Positions 1 to 20,489 of a DNA stretch of 64,000 bases are shown here, one piece after another (position 1 is the first letter of the stretch; each line of letters begins with the position of its first letter). Origin of the DNA: the human T2T-CHM13v2.0 reference genome, Homo sapiens; NCBI RefSeq assembly GCF_009914755.1, contig NC_060926.1. One strand, 5' to 3'. The translations under genes and the position numbers were made by a program. The notes beneath the pieces were generated by a model, which saw only the letters and a list, made by a program, of their open reading frames with translations, had not been told where the DNA came from and searched no databases.

Positions 1-208
1 GGGCCTTGCTTTGTTTCCCAGGCTAGTCTTGAACTCTTCGCTTCAAGCAATCTTCCCACCTTGGCCTCCCAAAGTCCTGAGATTATAGGTGTGATCTTCC
101 ATGCCTGGCTGAATTGCAGTTTTGATTGTGAGGGAAGAAGGGAAGAAGGAACAAATAATTGTGAGATGAAGCATCATTGTGCATATCAGACTGGTAAAGG
201 AGGAGCTA

Positions 209-517
<309 letters not shown>

Positions 518-1780
518 TTAAAAAGGCTGAAGTTGGCTACTGCCTGCTCACCCAGCTTTTGGTGGCAGTGGAGATAATAGATGATGTGGCAGGAGAAGGG
601 CACAGAGGTATTCATGCATGGCCTACTCTGAAATTGTCAAGTTGTTTGGGAAATAAAAGACATCATGATGGAAACATAAGTTGGAACCTGATTATGGAGA
701 GCCTTAAATACCACGGTCAGGACTTCCGATATATTTTGAGCAGTTGAGGCTGTGATAATTGTATCAGTAAGGGGTTTTGGGTTCAAATGGTAAAAACTAG
801 CTGTCACCATCATAAGCAGATAACATACTTAATGATATGGATTAGCTCATATAATCAAGGAAACAGCTGAAGAACCAGATGTAGAAAGGACAGGACTCAG
901 AAAACCTAGGGATTTAGATAGGAAGAAGTATTTGGCAATGTCATCAGCATTCATTCTACTAAACCCATTTTTGTTTTTTCTCTGACTCCCAAGGTTTGCA
1001 GCCATGGGCAAGAGAAATTGGCCTGGCTTTGACCATGAGCCATTCCCTTGGTTTGGGCAGGGCAGACACTCTGATTGACAATCCTACCAGCACTGCACAC
1101 AACAGCAGAGAAGTAATTCCCCAAAGGGAGGAAAGAGAAAGGAATGTTGAGAAGACATCAGACTAGAAAGAAGCAATGTGATCACATCTTACTAGAAAAA
1201 TGCCTCTGGTGGCAGTGGGAGGATGAAATAGAAGAGATCTGGGTTGAACATACATGACTGATTTGTGTCAGGTTCTGAAAGAGAACTATGGAATGTGTAA
1301 ATGATGTCATCATACAGACGTGCTTAGAGCTCTTCAGTGGAAAGGCTGTATCCATGTCATTTGTTTAGCGAGTAATCATCAAATGTCTGCCATGTGCCGG
1401 CAGCTATGAAGGCAGTAAACAGACAAGGTCTCTGCCCTTCAGGACCTTAACATTTTGTTGGGGGAGATAGATAGTAAATAAATATGCAGTGTGTTGGATG
1501 GTGATGAATTCTTGAAAAATAAAGGAGTAAGGGTGATATCCACAGTGGAGGGCAGGGTGTTGTTTTCTGTGGGGTGGTCTGGGAGACCTCTGCTTAGATG
1601 ACATTATCTAAAAGAATAGAAATTTGTTTGTTTTTATCTTTTAAAATCTCAAAGAAGGGAGTGCATGTTCAGGGCAACTTGAATCTATGCTCTTGGGTTA
1701 CCCGCCCCCCCCAAAAAAAACACCTCAAAGAAATACAAGCTGTGATAGATAACAACGTTAAGAAAAAAATGTTTTTATAG

Positions 1781-1913
1781 CCTAGGATGTGGCATTGGAT
1801 ATGGTTATTTGCATCGAATACCTACACGCCCATTTGAGGAAGGAAAGAAAATTTCTCTTCCAGGACAAATGGCTGGTACACCTATTACACCTCTTAAAGA
1901 TGGGTTTACAGAG
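1781..1913 (+). CDS. GORASP2: GORASP2 coding exon (end of second PDZ/GRASP domain, start of Ser/Pro-rich region)
   Basis: ttttatag|C CTA GGA TGT... reads (S)[44 protein letters not shown] and ends GAG|gtaaga. 133 nt, phase-compatible with the next exon. Absent from the ORF track. Confidence 0.96.
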
Positions 1914-3566
1914 GTAAGATCACGTTCCTACCTGAGTATATCATAAAGTTTTTACCAAAACGAGTCACGTGTTTCAGTGCTACTATATGGCAGTAGCACT
2001 ATGAAAATAGGGTAGACGATGAGTTAAGTATTGATTGTGTTACATTTGAGGTTCCTGTAAAATACCTAGATAGAGGTTAGATATGTGAGTCTGGATTTTA
2101 GGAAAAAGGACAGGGCTAGAGATGCAGATTTGGGAATCATCAGCAAAGAGAGGGTAATGTAACCCAATGGCTGTTAGGAAACCTGTACTGCTAGGGATTG
2201 GGTCTGGGTGGGTCGCCATCTTGAAAATCTGGATGGGCAGAGATCTAGCAAAGGAAGCTCAGCAGGAGGCCAGAGGGAAAACCAAGCTTCAAGAAATCGA
2301 ACACAGTCAGCCATGTCAGGTAGTGCAGAGAAGTCAGGTGAAAGGAGTGAAAAAAACCATGTCCTGGGCGAGAGCAATTTCAGAGACTTGCCAGGGGACA
2401 AACAAACTGCAGGTCAGCAGAGTGAATAGGTGAAAAGGTGCTGCTAGCTGTTGCTTATTGTTTCAAGAAACGATTGAGAAAACAAGGAGAGCTATGTGTG
2501 TGGGGGTCATGAGGGGAGTGAAGGGGCTATTACAGGATCAAAGTAAGACTTTTTAAGGAATAAGAGATACTTGAGCAGGCTTACAGGGCTTTTGAATGTT
2601 TCTTAAGGAGGTATCTCAGGGCAGTTAACTCTTGTCTGCACCACTAAATAAAAACCAAATACCCAAAAAGAAAATGCTGCTGTTGTAAAGACAAGGCTGC
2701 TGCCACTGTGGTTTTGTCTACACAGTTTGGCCATCTTCAGTTCTAGAGGAACTGAAGCTCTTCTTTAAGAGCTGCTGGGAAGTTTCACCTCCAACATTGG
2801 CTCATGGCCAGAGCCAATATAGTTACATGTTCAGACCCCAACCACCATATCCACTGGCCCTAATCAGGGCTTTCCCAGTTGAACCTCTTTGGGTAGTCTG
2901 AGAAGATGACAGTGACTAGCAGCTGGGCAAAGGGCCAGAATACAGGTTGTCTCGGAATGTACTGAAGGGCACTGGAGCTGCAGAAGGTGGGTTATTCAGA
3001 AATGAAACCACCCATCTGTAGAGTCCATAGAGACTCCTTTTTTTCTTCTCCTGAAAAGTGGAGATCTGGCTGCCACATTTATTCACTGATGAGAAAATAT
3101 TAAATGCACTCATGAGGTTGGAAATCTTGAGAAGTCTATCATGTATTAAGACTTCCAGCTGATTTCTTTCCTGAGCAATGAAAGTTAAAACAAATAAACC
3201 AGCTGGGAATTCAGGAAAGCAGTGGTGGTTTAAAGGTTGAATAAAATGATTTCCAGGTGGTGAGGAAAGAGGAGAGAGTAGAATCTCTTCTAGTGTGGAA
3301 GTATGAAGAACAGCATGTGCAACTTGGGGTAGAAGCCATGTGTCTCAAGACTAGAAGTGACAGGAGAGAGAGATGCTTACAGTGCATGGTCCGTGACATG
3401 TACCAAAATTAGGAGGGAGTGTCTGGAGGCAGACGTGCCAGATGAAGCTTGTGACAGCTCATGTGTGAACCAAATATCTATCTGCAGGGCAAGTAAGAGC
3501 CAATATTTATATTTTCTTTGAAATAAACTTAAGTAATCTTTGTGTTTTTTTTTCTTTTTTTGGAAG

Positions 3567-3690
3567 GTCCAGCTGTCCTCAGTTAATCCCCCGTCTTTGT
3601 CACCACCAGGAACTACAGGAATTGAACAGAGTCTGACTGGACTTTCTATTAGCTCAACTCCACCAGCTGTCAGTAGTGTTCTCAGTACAG
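3567..3690 (+). CDS. GORASP2: GORASP2 coding exon
   Basis: Polypyrimidine tract then ggaag|GTC; reads VQLSSVNPPSLSPPGTTGIEQSLTGLSISSTPPAVSSVLST(G); donor CAG|gtgtgc; 124 nt. Confidence 0.95.
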
Positions 3691-3759
3691 GTGTGCAGAA
3701 AAATATATTCTGTTTTCAGTCTATTTTATGTAATATTATTGCATAGAATTTTAAAAATT

Positions 3760-5525
<1,766 letters not shown>

Positions 5526-5782
5526 TCCTAGATGAAATTAAGTATTAATGTCATCAGTCTCTAATCATAGAGTTGGAAGGGAACTTAAAGTTTATTTCAT
5601 TCAAGCAGTATGAGTCCTTTTTATGATATTACGATTTTTTGCCTACATCTCATCACATAATTCTCTAGTTTATTCCTGAATAGACTTAGTAAGGGTAGGG
5701 TAGTGTACTTCCCAAGGCAGCAGCCCATTTGAGTCTGAATTGTTCATATTTGTTTTAGAGTAAGCGTGTTTCCAGATGCTCT

Positions 5783-7350
<1,568 letters not shown>

Positions 7351-8789
7351 TAAAGTGCCTCAGTGCCTTGAACAATGTGTAACATACAGTAGGTGCCCCC
7401 CAAAAAACTTGAATGAATGACCACACTCAACTATCCATTCAACTCCATTGAGAATCTGATGAAAGCAAAGAACCTGCCTTCGAAAAATTGTTGTATACAA
7501 TTTTAGGAGCTTCACAGACCCCCTGAAGCCCACTTGTGGGCCCTAGATTTAGAATTCCTGTCTTAGATTGAGTCTTCCTGGCTTAGATTTAGTCAGTTAT
7601 TTTTGAAACTTGTGAATGTATCTATCCTTTAAGAATGAAAAGAAACTTATGTGAAAGACTTTATTGGGAAAGAGAAGAAATTGGCTTAACCAATCCAAGC
7701 TGCTTTTGTTTTCTTAAAACCGAGATTTCAAAACAAATATAAAAAAATTATAGCATTGCTATTGTGTGTGACCATTAACAAAGCACACACTCACTAACAT
7801 TTTGGTACAGAGTAGAGAACAGCTTCTTTTATTTCAGTGAAATTATGCAGTCTGGGATCCAGTAGAGCATTTGCCAGTGCTTCAGTTAGACTTTTCTTAT
7901 TTTTGCTTGCCTCTGAATTCCGCAGAAAAGTAGATAAATGAATAAATAATAGACTGCCTGCATGGTTGGTTCATACTTTTAGGCACAATTTATTCCCGCT
8001 ACCATATGTAAGCAGATCTGTAAGACAAAATCTGGAATCTATGCTAGATAAATGAAAATGAGTGCTAAATAAGTGAAAGGTGTGCTTTCATTTATTGTTT
8101 CGACATCAGCAAAACGTCCCACTGGGGTAGGTGGTAAACGTGATTAGGTGGTATCCTGAGGCTTACTTGTACGTGAGGAACGTAACCTCCTCAAGCTAAT
8201 GTTAGTACACGTTTGTGTTAGACTTCAAAGGACTGTCACAGAACCTAAGGTCAAAAGGAAATGGACATTCAGGAAGCCAAGTCATTCTCTCCATCCTAGA
8301 GGTTCATCTGCTCTTTTGTCTCTTTCAGGCCATCTATGTCATTCTTTTCTTTCACAGACTAGCATTCACTGTTTCACAGGGCACATGGTCCCCCTGCAAC
8401 CCCTGGCTTACGTGGCATCTTAGTTTAGGAGCCCAGTTGAGATTGACTAGAATCCTTGTGTCCCATATACAAATTTCTAAGACAGTTTTCTAATCTAGCC
8501 CTGCTTGGGTCAGGTGTAAACCTCTTGTCCAGTGAGCTGGGCTGGGGTGGGACTGCACGGCCTCTTGCCCTCTTGTCACAGGCTCTGGTAACAGCCTTTG
8601 TTGAGAGCTGTGGGCAGAGTCAGTGAATCTGCCGTAAAGGGTGATGGACAGTCAGTTGCAGCTGGAAATCGGGACCAAATGAAGACCTGACCACGGGGCA
8701 AGGAGGGACTGCAGATTGTCCTAATGTGTTCTGTTCATTTCTTGTCGACTAAATTTGTTAGAAATGAAAAGATTGTGCTTTCTTTTTAG

Positions 8790-8876
8790 GTGTACCAACA
8801 GTACCGTTATTGCCACCACAAGTAAACCAGTCCCTCACTTCTGTGCCACCAATGAATCCAGCTACTACATTACCAG
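8790..8876 (+). CDS. GORASP2: GORASP2 coding exon
   Basis: tctttttag|GT GTA CCA; reads (G)VPTVPLLPPQVNQSLTSVPPMNPATTLP(G); donor CAG|gtaacc; 87 nt, phase 1-1. Confidence 0.95.
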
Positions 8877-9965
8877 GTAACCACCAGGGGACTAGAGATG
8901 TGGCTAATAATAACAGTATTACTGATATTTGCATCTTAAAAACAATGAAAAATATTATACCTGTGTGGTAACTTTTTATGTCTTTTAATCTCAGTTTATC
9001 TCTGCAATAAGTTTGTGATAAATGAGAGCTAGGGCAACTCTCCTTAGTAAACAAGGAACCAGAGATGTCATTTACCAGCTAGTTAGCTGCCGAGCCTAGT
9101 GCTCCTTACCCCCAGCCAGCGGCCACCTACTGCCCCTGCAGCTCTACAGTGCAGCATCGGCCAGGAATAAGGAATCTGCAGAAGTCCATTCTCCACTGTC
9201 TCCTTAGTGAGGACTTCCTGGCAGTCATTCGTGTGAGCCTGAAGAGAAGGCTTCTTATTTGGTCTTCAGTAGCTCTAACATTAAATTAAATTTTTGTGTT
9301 TTTCTCTTCATATTCCCAGTGAAGACCAAGTCCCTTTATCCAGCCAATAATAATCAAATACTATTTTAGTGATCAAATATACTTTCATTGTGAGGGCTTT
9401 TAATGTATGGCTAAAAATGTCATTATCCAAGCATATTAAGCCATGAACCAAATGTGTGCACACACACAATGATGAAGCAAGTGTGCTGATATGTGGACAT
9501 GTGGGAATTTGGGTGAAAGGTGGATTCTTTTTACTACTTTTGCAACTGTAAGTCTGCAGTTATTTTTCAGAATAAGAAATTTTAAAAGTCATAGAGACTG
9601 TAAACCTCAACCATCAAAGAAAAATTCAGTTTCATTATCTGCCATATCTACTGAAACAAATCAGCCTTTTCTCCAAGGCGCTCGGGCCATCATCGTTCTT
9701 ATTCCAGAGTGTTAAGAGTATTAGTTATTTATTTTCATCTTCACCCAGTTAGCCACCTAATCTATCTAATCACTTAGGTAGATAAATATATTTCAATTAA
9801 GTGAAATTTTGTTATTTATATTGTTATGATACACAGCTGCCACACATTAGGTGGACTTCTGGTACTGTCACTTAGAAGTGGCTGGGATTGTTTTTAATAC
9901 ACGAGGATTTATTTCTTCCCCAGGTCAAGTGATTTCTCTTTTTTTCTTTTCTGCCTTCTCTTCAG

Positions 9966-10073
9966 GTCTGATGCCTTTACCAGCAGGACTGCCCAACCTC
10001 CCCAACCTCAACCTCAACCTCCCAGCACCACACATCATGCCAGGGGTTGGCTTACCAGAACTTGTAAACCCAG
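9966..10073 (+). CDS. GORASP2: GORASP2 coding exon
   Basis: ttctcttcag|GT CTG; reads (G)LMPLPAGLPNLPNLNLNLPAPHIMPGVGLPELVNP(G); donor CAG|gtatgt; 108 nt, phase 1-1. Confidence 0.95.
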
Positions 10074-10232
10074 GTATGTTGCAGATCTCACCCTCCTAGG
10101 ACTCTCTCTAATAAAAGTTTTATTCAGGAATGCCCATCCTCTTCAGTTTTTTCTGGAGAGAGCAAATCAGTTTAACAGATTTCAGCTACTTCAAATAAAT
10201 ATTCATCTTTTTTGTTTAAAAAGCTTAAGAGG

Positions 10233-12363
<2,131 letters not shown>

Positions 12364-12916
12364 TGAGCCCACTGAGTGTAATATAAATAGTTATCAATCA
12401 CAGGTTTTAAGCAAATGCTGAGTACTCCTGGTGAGGACAGTGGAAAGGGCGAGAATCCAGGCCCCTCCCTTCTGCTGCCTTCGCAGGAGGGTTGCAGCCT
12501 ACCTCTCCCTGTTGTCTGTCAAGAATGCAGCTGTAACTCAGCTTGCAGCTGGCATGGGTGAGCATGAGTCCCCCTGTCTGACATCCAGTGTAGCTGTGTC
12601 ACCTGCTGGGTGGGCTGCTATCTCTTCTGACTGGAAGGATCCTATCTATCTTTCTTCCCTGAGCCAGTTTCCCCCAGTGCTGGGCCAGGTTACATGGAGC
12701 CTAGAAGTTGAGAACCTATTCCTTCAGGCAGCTGCGATTGTAGGGAATAGTTAACCCTGCCAGGGCCTCTATCTGGAAATCAGCCAAGGTTGTGATTTGT
12801 GTTACCTCCTCAACTTCAGTTTCCTTAATGAAATGTAAATAAAAATAGCCCTTTGACAATGCCTGCTGTCCTTTCAGTGCTGGGAGGATGTATGATCTAT
12901 GCCGTTTTTGTCCTAG

Positions 12917-13257
12917 GTCTGCCACCTCTTCCTTCCATGCCTCCCCGAAACTTACCTGGCATTGCACCTCTCCCCCTGCCATCCGAGTTCCTCCCGTCAT
13001 TCCCCTTGGTTCCAGAGAGCTCTTCTGCAGCAAGCTCAGGAGAGCTGCTGTCTTCCCTCCCGCCCACCAGCAACGCACCCTCTGACCCTGCCACAACTAC
13101 TGCAAAGGCAGACGCTGCCTCCTCACTCACTGTGGATGTGACGCCCCCCACTGCCAAGGCCCCCACCACCGTTGAGGACAGAGTCGGCGACTCCACCCCA
13201 GTCAGCGAGAAGCCTGTTTCTGCGGCTGTGGATGCCAATGCTTCTGAGTCACCTTAA
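12917..13257 (+). CDS. GORASP2: GORASP2 terminal coding exon
   Basis: ttttgtcctag|GT CTG; reads (G)LPPLPSMPPRNLPGIAP...EKPVSAAVDANASESP then TAA. Matches the GRASP55 C-terminus (ORF 12853..13257). Confidence 0.97.
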
Positions 13258-14255
13258 CTTTGAACCATTCTTTGGAATTGGCGTGGTATATTTAACCACG
13301 GGAGCGTGTCTGGAAACGCAAACTATCATTAATTTCATACTAGTTTGTACCGTATCTGTAGGCATCCTGTAAATAATTCCAAGGGGAAAACTAAACGAGG
13401 ACGTGGGTTGTATCCTGCCAGGTTGAGTGGGGCTCACACGCTAGGGTGAGATGTCAGAAAGCGCTTGTATTTTAAACAACCAAAAAGAATTGTAAGGGTG
13501 GCTTGCTGCCAGGCTTGCACTGCCGTTCCTGGGGGTGTGCATCTTCGGGAAAGGTGGTGGCGGGGCGTCCACTAGGTTTCCTGTCCCCTGCTGCTCCTTC
13601 CGTAAGAAAATGAAATATTCTATGCCTAATACTCACACGCAACATTTCTTGTACTTTGTAAGTCGTTTGCGAGAATGCAGACCACCTCACTAAACTGTAA
13701 ACGGTAAAGAGATTTTTACTTTTGGTCTCCGTGAGTCGCATCTCTACTAAGGTTTACACAGGAATTCCACCTGAAGACTTGTGTTAAAGTTCTACAGCGC
13801 GCACTGTTAACTGAACGTCTTTTTCTTCAGCCTATACGCGGATCCTTGTTTTGAGCTCTCAGAATCACTCAGACAACATTTTGTAACTGCTGCTGTTGCT
13901 TTCTACATACACCTTATAAAGTGACATTTCAAAAGAAATAAGGTGCCACAGTTTTAAACCAGAAGGTGGCACTCTGTGGCTCCTTGTAGTATTATAGCTA
14001 TACTGGGAAAGCATAGATACAGCAATAAAGTACAGTAATTTTACTTTTTTTCTTGTGTTACATCTAAATTACAACCCTTAATTGCCACGTGTGCACTTAC
14101 TACTCTCCAGTATGTCTTATTACTCTCCAGTATGTCACGCATCTTTAACTTTTCACGTCCTATGTTTGCTTTCTCCCATTTTTAAGAGATGGTAAGTTAA
14201 CTGGAATTGATTTACTGAATGAAATTAAATGCAGATATCCCTGTTTTTGAAATAA
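13258..14255 (+). other. GORASP2: GORASP2 3' UTR (end approximate)
   Basis: Repeat-free ~1 kb after the stop codon, with candidate polyA signals AATAAA 14024-14029 and ATTAAA 14224-14229. Confidence 0.75.
14024..14229 (+). terminator. Candidate proximal (AATAAA 14024) and distal (ATTAAA 14224) polyadenylation signals of GORASP2
   Basis: Hexamers seen directly; a T-rich tract follows the proximal one. Confidence 0.55.
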
Positions 14256-14925
14256 GACAAAAGTGCTTCCTCAGTTATTGCCCTGGTATGAGTCTGAAGA
14301 TGCTCATCCCCTGCAGGGAGGACGTGGCTGAGGTGGCAGCACCCTCACATCACCCTCATGTCACTCACCCCTGGCCGCCCTGCTGGACACTCGAGGTCAA
14401 CGCCAGCCCAGCACTCTCCCAGGAGGCCCAGTACCGCCAGTTTTGGGAGTAGATCCGTTTCTGGGGCCAGGTTTGTACTTAAAACTGAATGATGAAAGAA
14501 GGCTCCAGCCCTAATCATAGCTGCTTCTGTTTACACTGTGTAAATGTTTCTAGAATATTTCAGTTAATCCCATTTTTTGAAAAGAAGCTTATAACAGGTG
14601 AGGAAAGTATTCACAAGCACATTTAAATGTTATGATTTTTGACTTTCCAGGATAGGAAAAGTTGAGAAAGTTACTACTTTGTAAAAGATTTCTTAAATAT
14701 TAAGATCTCCTTAATATTTGTTGTTTTTACGTTAAAAAATATTAAGGAGATCCCTTAGTGGAAAGCAAGTAAGTAATTTTTAAGTTTTACAAAATGATTT
14801 TTTTTTAAACAGTTCTTCCAAGGCAATGCTTGTGAACTCTGGTGCAGTCACAGCTCTCATTTGGCAACGACGGCAGGCTGGGCTCTCTTCCTGGGCAGAT
14901 ATCTGTAGCATAAATGAAACACTAA

Positions 14926-15540
<615 letters not shown>

Positions 15541-15737
15541 AAACCATGCAAGGTTAGGAAAAGTCTTGAGTGTTTGTGTGCATGGGGCTGGGGCCTGTGT
15601 GCTGGACTAGGGAGTTTGAGCTTTGGCTTAAATACGGCAGTCATGAAGGCTGGAGGGGCAGCACAGTGGGGGACCAGCTTCAGGAGGGACGCTCACCTGA
15701 ACCCCCTTTGCTAAGACTCTGAGTCTAGGATGACGAC

Positions 15738-16061
15738 TGTGTTACTCTGTTCTGACACTGCTATAAAGAAATACCCAAGACTGGGTAATTTTATAAAGGA
15801 AAGAGGTTTAATTGACAGTTTCACGTGGCTGGGCAGGCCTCAGGAAACTTACAATCATGGCAGCAGAAGAGAAGCGCAAGCAGGGGAAATGCCAGAGGCT
15901 TAGGAAACCATCAGATCTCGTGAGAACTCACTCTCACGAGAACAGCAGTGGGGAAACCACTTCCATACTCCAATCACTTCCCACCGGATCCCTTCCTCCA
16001 CACGTGGGGATTATGGGAACTACAGGAAGAGATTTGGGTGGGACACAGCCAAACCATATCA
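15738..16061 (-). mobile_element. MaLR solo LTR (THE1/MST type)
   Basis: Diagnostic GACTGGGTAATTTTATAAAGGAAAGAGGTTTAATTGAC, GGAAACTTACAATCATGGC, and terminus CCAAACCATATCA. Confidence 0.85.
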
Positions 16062-18449
16062 GTGACTTTACCTTTTCCCCTCTGATTTTTGTTCCTGTTT
16101 TATTTTTAGTCCATTACTAATTGTGCTTACCTGGGAGCAGCTTAACTTAGCTCATTTTCTGAAAATTCTGGAGACCTAGAAATGGCCTTGTGGCCTCTTC
16201 CTCACCTGAAAGGCACCTACTAAAGCTCAAAGATGGCTCTGCCTTGGATGTCCAAAATTTCTGCTTTTGACTATAGTGAAGATGAGACCGGTGAGCTGCT
16301 GGAGCTACGGTAGTGACATGGAAGCCCTGATCCCACCTTTAAGGAACCTGTGGTTTAGGCGGGAACATGAGGCAACTTCATGCAAACTGCAGCAAGTGAA
16401 GAGTCTCAGCTGAGCAGAGACCTGGAGAGTCTGGGTGAAGGGAACATTCTCTGGCACCTGAAGAAGGCTTAGCCAGACCTACATTTTAGCAGGTGGAGAA
16501 GGAGTTAAAAAAATCCAAGCAGGAGCCCTAAGGGAGCTCACAGTAGGAAAGCCATGGGTGTTAAAGCCTCCAGCAGCAGTTGGCTACAGGTGCATTTTAT
16601 TAGAAAATTTAATACATCTTATTTAAAGGATTTATTTGTGAAAAGTTTTTTCTTCCAGAGAGTGGCCCGATTTTATCAGTAACTTGTGAAGGAAGGTTGG
16701 GTCTTCTCCCTGTGACCCTGAAGATGAAGGTCTTCTTTAATTATCTGACTACCCAGCAAGGTTTCAACCCTGTCTTCAGATTAGAATCGCCTCGATTAGA
16801 ATATTAATTCCTGGGCTCTTGGAGTTTTTAAAAACTTCCCCAGGGAGGGTGGACCTGTAACTGCGGGAGGTAACAGGGGCATAGGAAGGTCATCGTTCTT
16901 GCTAGGTGTTTACTTTTACCACTAAGCAAAGTGCACAGGTTAGAGGAGGGATCCTTTTGTCATTAATATATATATATATATATATATATTTTTGCATTAG
17001 ATCTAGGAAGAACAATTTCCGACTTGGCTAACCAAAGTGTTCCTTTATAGGCCTTTTGCATATCGAGCCAATTGATAAAATGGGGAATTAATGCCACAGC
17101 CAGTTATTCAAGCACTAGAACAAGAAGACGTGGAAGGGCAAGTGGGCCCCACTCCCAGCTGGGGGCTGCAGGTGAGGGGGATGGGGAGGGGTGAGGAGAC
17201 TGAGAATGTGCAGCAAAAGAGCAGAGGAGTAAGGAGTGCAGACAGGTGCAGATGCCGCCCCACTGCCTCTCCAGGGAGTTACACGAACGTGGGTACTCTG
17301 GTCACTGACAGTTTAGAGAAAACGCCACACTGCAGCCATTGATGGAGGTGGGCCTCGGACTTTCAGTGTTACCAGAGTTGAGGTTACACTGTATTTCCTG
17401 GCAAGAAATAGATACAAGCCCATGCTCCATGAAGGCCGCTGGGGTTTGGGATAATAACAGTAGCCAGCATGTATTAAGTGTTTCCTGTACATGGGGTGAA
17501 TAATGAGATAAGACAGTGCTCTGCCCAGCAGACGAGAGGAAGCAAACAGGTTCCCCCTAGGCATGTTTCCTTTGAACTCCCCTGTATATATTAAAATGTG
17601 AATTAATTGCCAACATTTAAAAATCAGAAGGTTTCACATAAATCCAGATTTCTGGTTTCTCAAAGTCACAAGATCTGGCAACAGATCAGTCCTACAGGGA
17701 AATGAATGCCCCTTGGAGTCTCTGTCCTCCAGTCTCCAATTCCCACAGCCCCACCTGCGTGCGCCAGCCCCCCTCCCACCACCCGCAGGTGTCTGAGTTT
17801 GCAGAGCCCTGTGTTATCCTGGCAGTAACACAGCTGAGTCTGGGGAGAGGGGAGGGATAGCTGGGAAACTGAGGTTTCCTTACAGTCAGCGGGGCCAGAA
17901 CCCGTGGGGACCCAGGATTAGGAAACAAGGTCCTTCACGGATTTCATTATTTAGGATCCAATGAATCGTGTGGAATGGGCACTAAGGTTAGCAAAATTTG
18001 AAGTAGTTGCTTAGACTGTAAACCTGATGGAGAAAATGTCCCTGGACAATGACTGGGACAGTAACAGCAATTTGAGTTTCACTAGTCTCTTTTCCTAAAG
18101 CCATATTCTGGGTCCCCAACCCATTGATCATTTACCTTAACAACCAACTCTATTGGAATTGATCATTCTCTTTTCCAGAGACCAAGGGTTGTGAATAAGA
18201 GTTCATGAATCCCTGACTGGCTTTCTTGCCGTCCACTCTCCATGGCCTTGCTTCCTGGGGAGGGGCCTGTTTGCCCAGCTCTGCCCAGGCTGGCCTGGTT
18301 TGAGACCCATACTAAGAAGTCTGCCTGAGGTTCAGGGCAAGCCTCTTCCAGAAGCACTTGAATTATGGTGGCTGGGGGTGGGGTTACAGGAACTTCTCAT
18401 TTCTTCTCATAAACTTGCATATTGCCAGAATTTTTAAAACCACAATTAC

Positions 18450-19505
<1,056 letters not shown>

Positions 19506-20489
19506 TCAGTCTGTCCAGGACGGCCGCTGCTGCAGGGCCGGGGAAGCTTTTTCCCCAAGCAGCGTCATGACTGGTCAGACTAAGGGAGCTCTCTGCTAAC
19601 AACCCCCAACACTGTCCCTAGATTAGAATTATCCATGAAATTTCCCTGAATAGACTTGCACTGTGACTGATTTGCAATGCTGTGTTGTGTTTGTAAATCA
19701 GTTTGGCCAGAACCGTGTAGCTCAGACAGCTATGCTGAAAGAGCCCAGAAACACAATGGCAAGAATCCATGTTGTACCCAGGCGCTGTTTTGGCTTCTAG
19801 AGCTCTGGAAACAGTGTTAGCGTCAGGTAGTGAAGTATGCATGGTTCCAACACGTTCACTCGAGATCAGTGGCTAAACAACCTGTGTGCTTCTCGGTGGT
19901 GAGGAACAGAACTGCTAGAGGAGCCTCATAAAATCAAGAAGAAACAGATGCCTGTTGTATGAGTCCAGGAGCTCAAAGCTCATTCCGATTTTAATAAACA
20001 GTTACTTGCCTTTGTCTCTGTCAAGGTTTTGTTTTTAAAGGGCATGAAACTTTAGAGACTAATTCATTTCCCCAAATTCAGATCTCTCTTAGGTAAGCAG
20101 TACAACCTGAGAAAAGAGGACAACCCTCTGGGATCTTTGGCACCGTGACGCTGCCATATTCCAGGAGAGGACAGGTGAGGGTTCGCTGTGGCTGAATCGG
20201 AAGGAGACAGAAGAAGCAGGGACGAGCCACCGGGCAGGCCTCAGGACAGGCTTAGGTTCTGAACTTGATCCCATGGACTGGTGTTACCCAGAGTGAAGAA
20301 AACTGTCTTTCCTCCTTTAATACCTATATATTTTATTTTAGCACGTATTGGGGAAAAAATAATAGTTGCATTGGATATGGCTAATTTTACGAATTAACTT
20401 CAGTGAAAAAAGGGAATGGTTTTAAAGAGAAGTGATGGGTGAGTTCTTGAGTTAATTCCCTCAGGGGAAGCAGGTGCGCCTGGAGAGCT

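Noticed and set aside
12897-13238. 113-aa antisense ORF over the last GORASP2 exon
   Set aside because: Shadow frame of a Pro/Ser/Thr-rich exon that lacks antisense stops; no ATG start.
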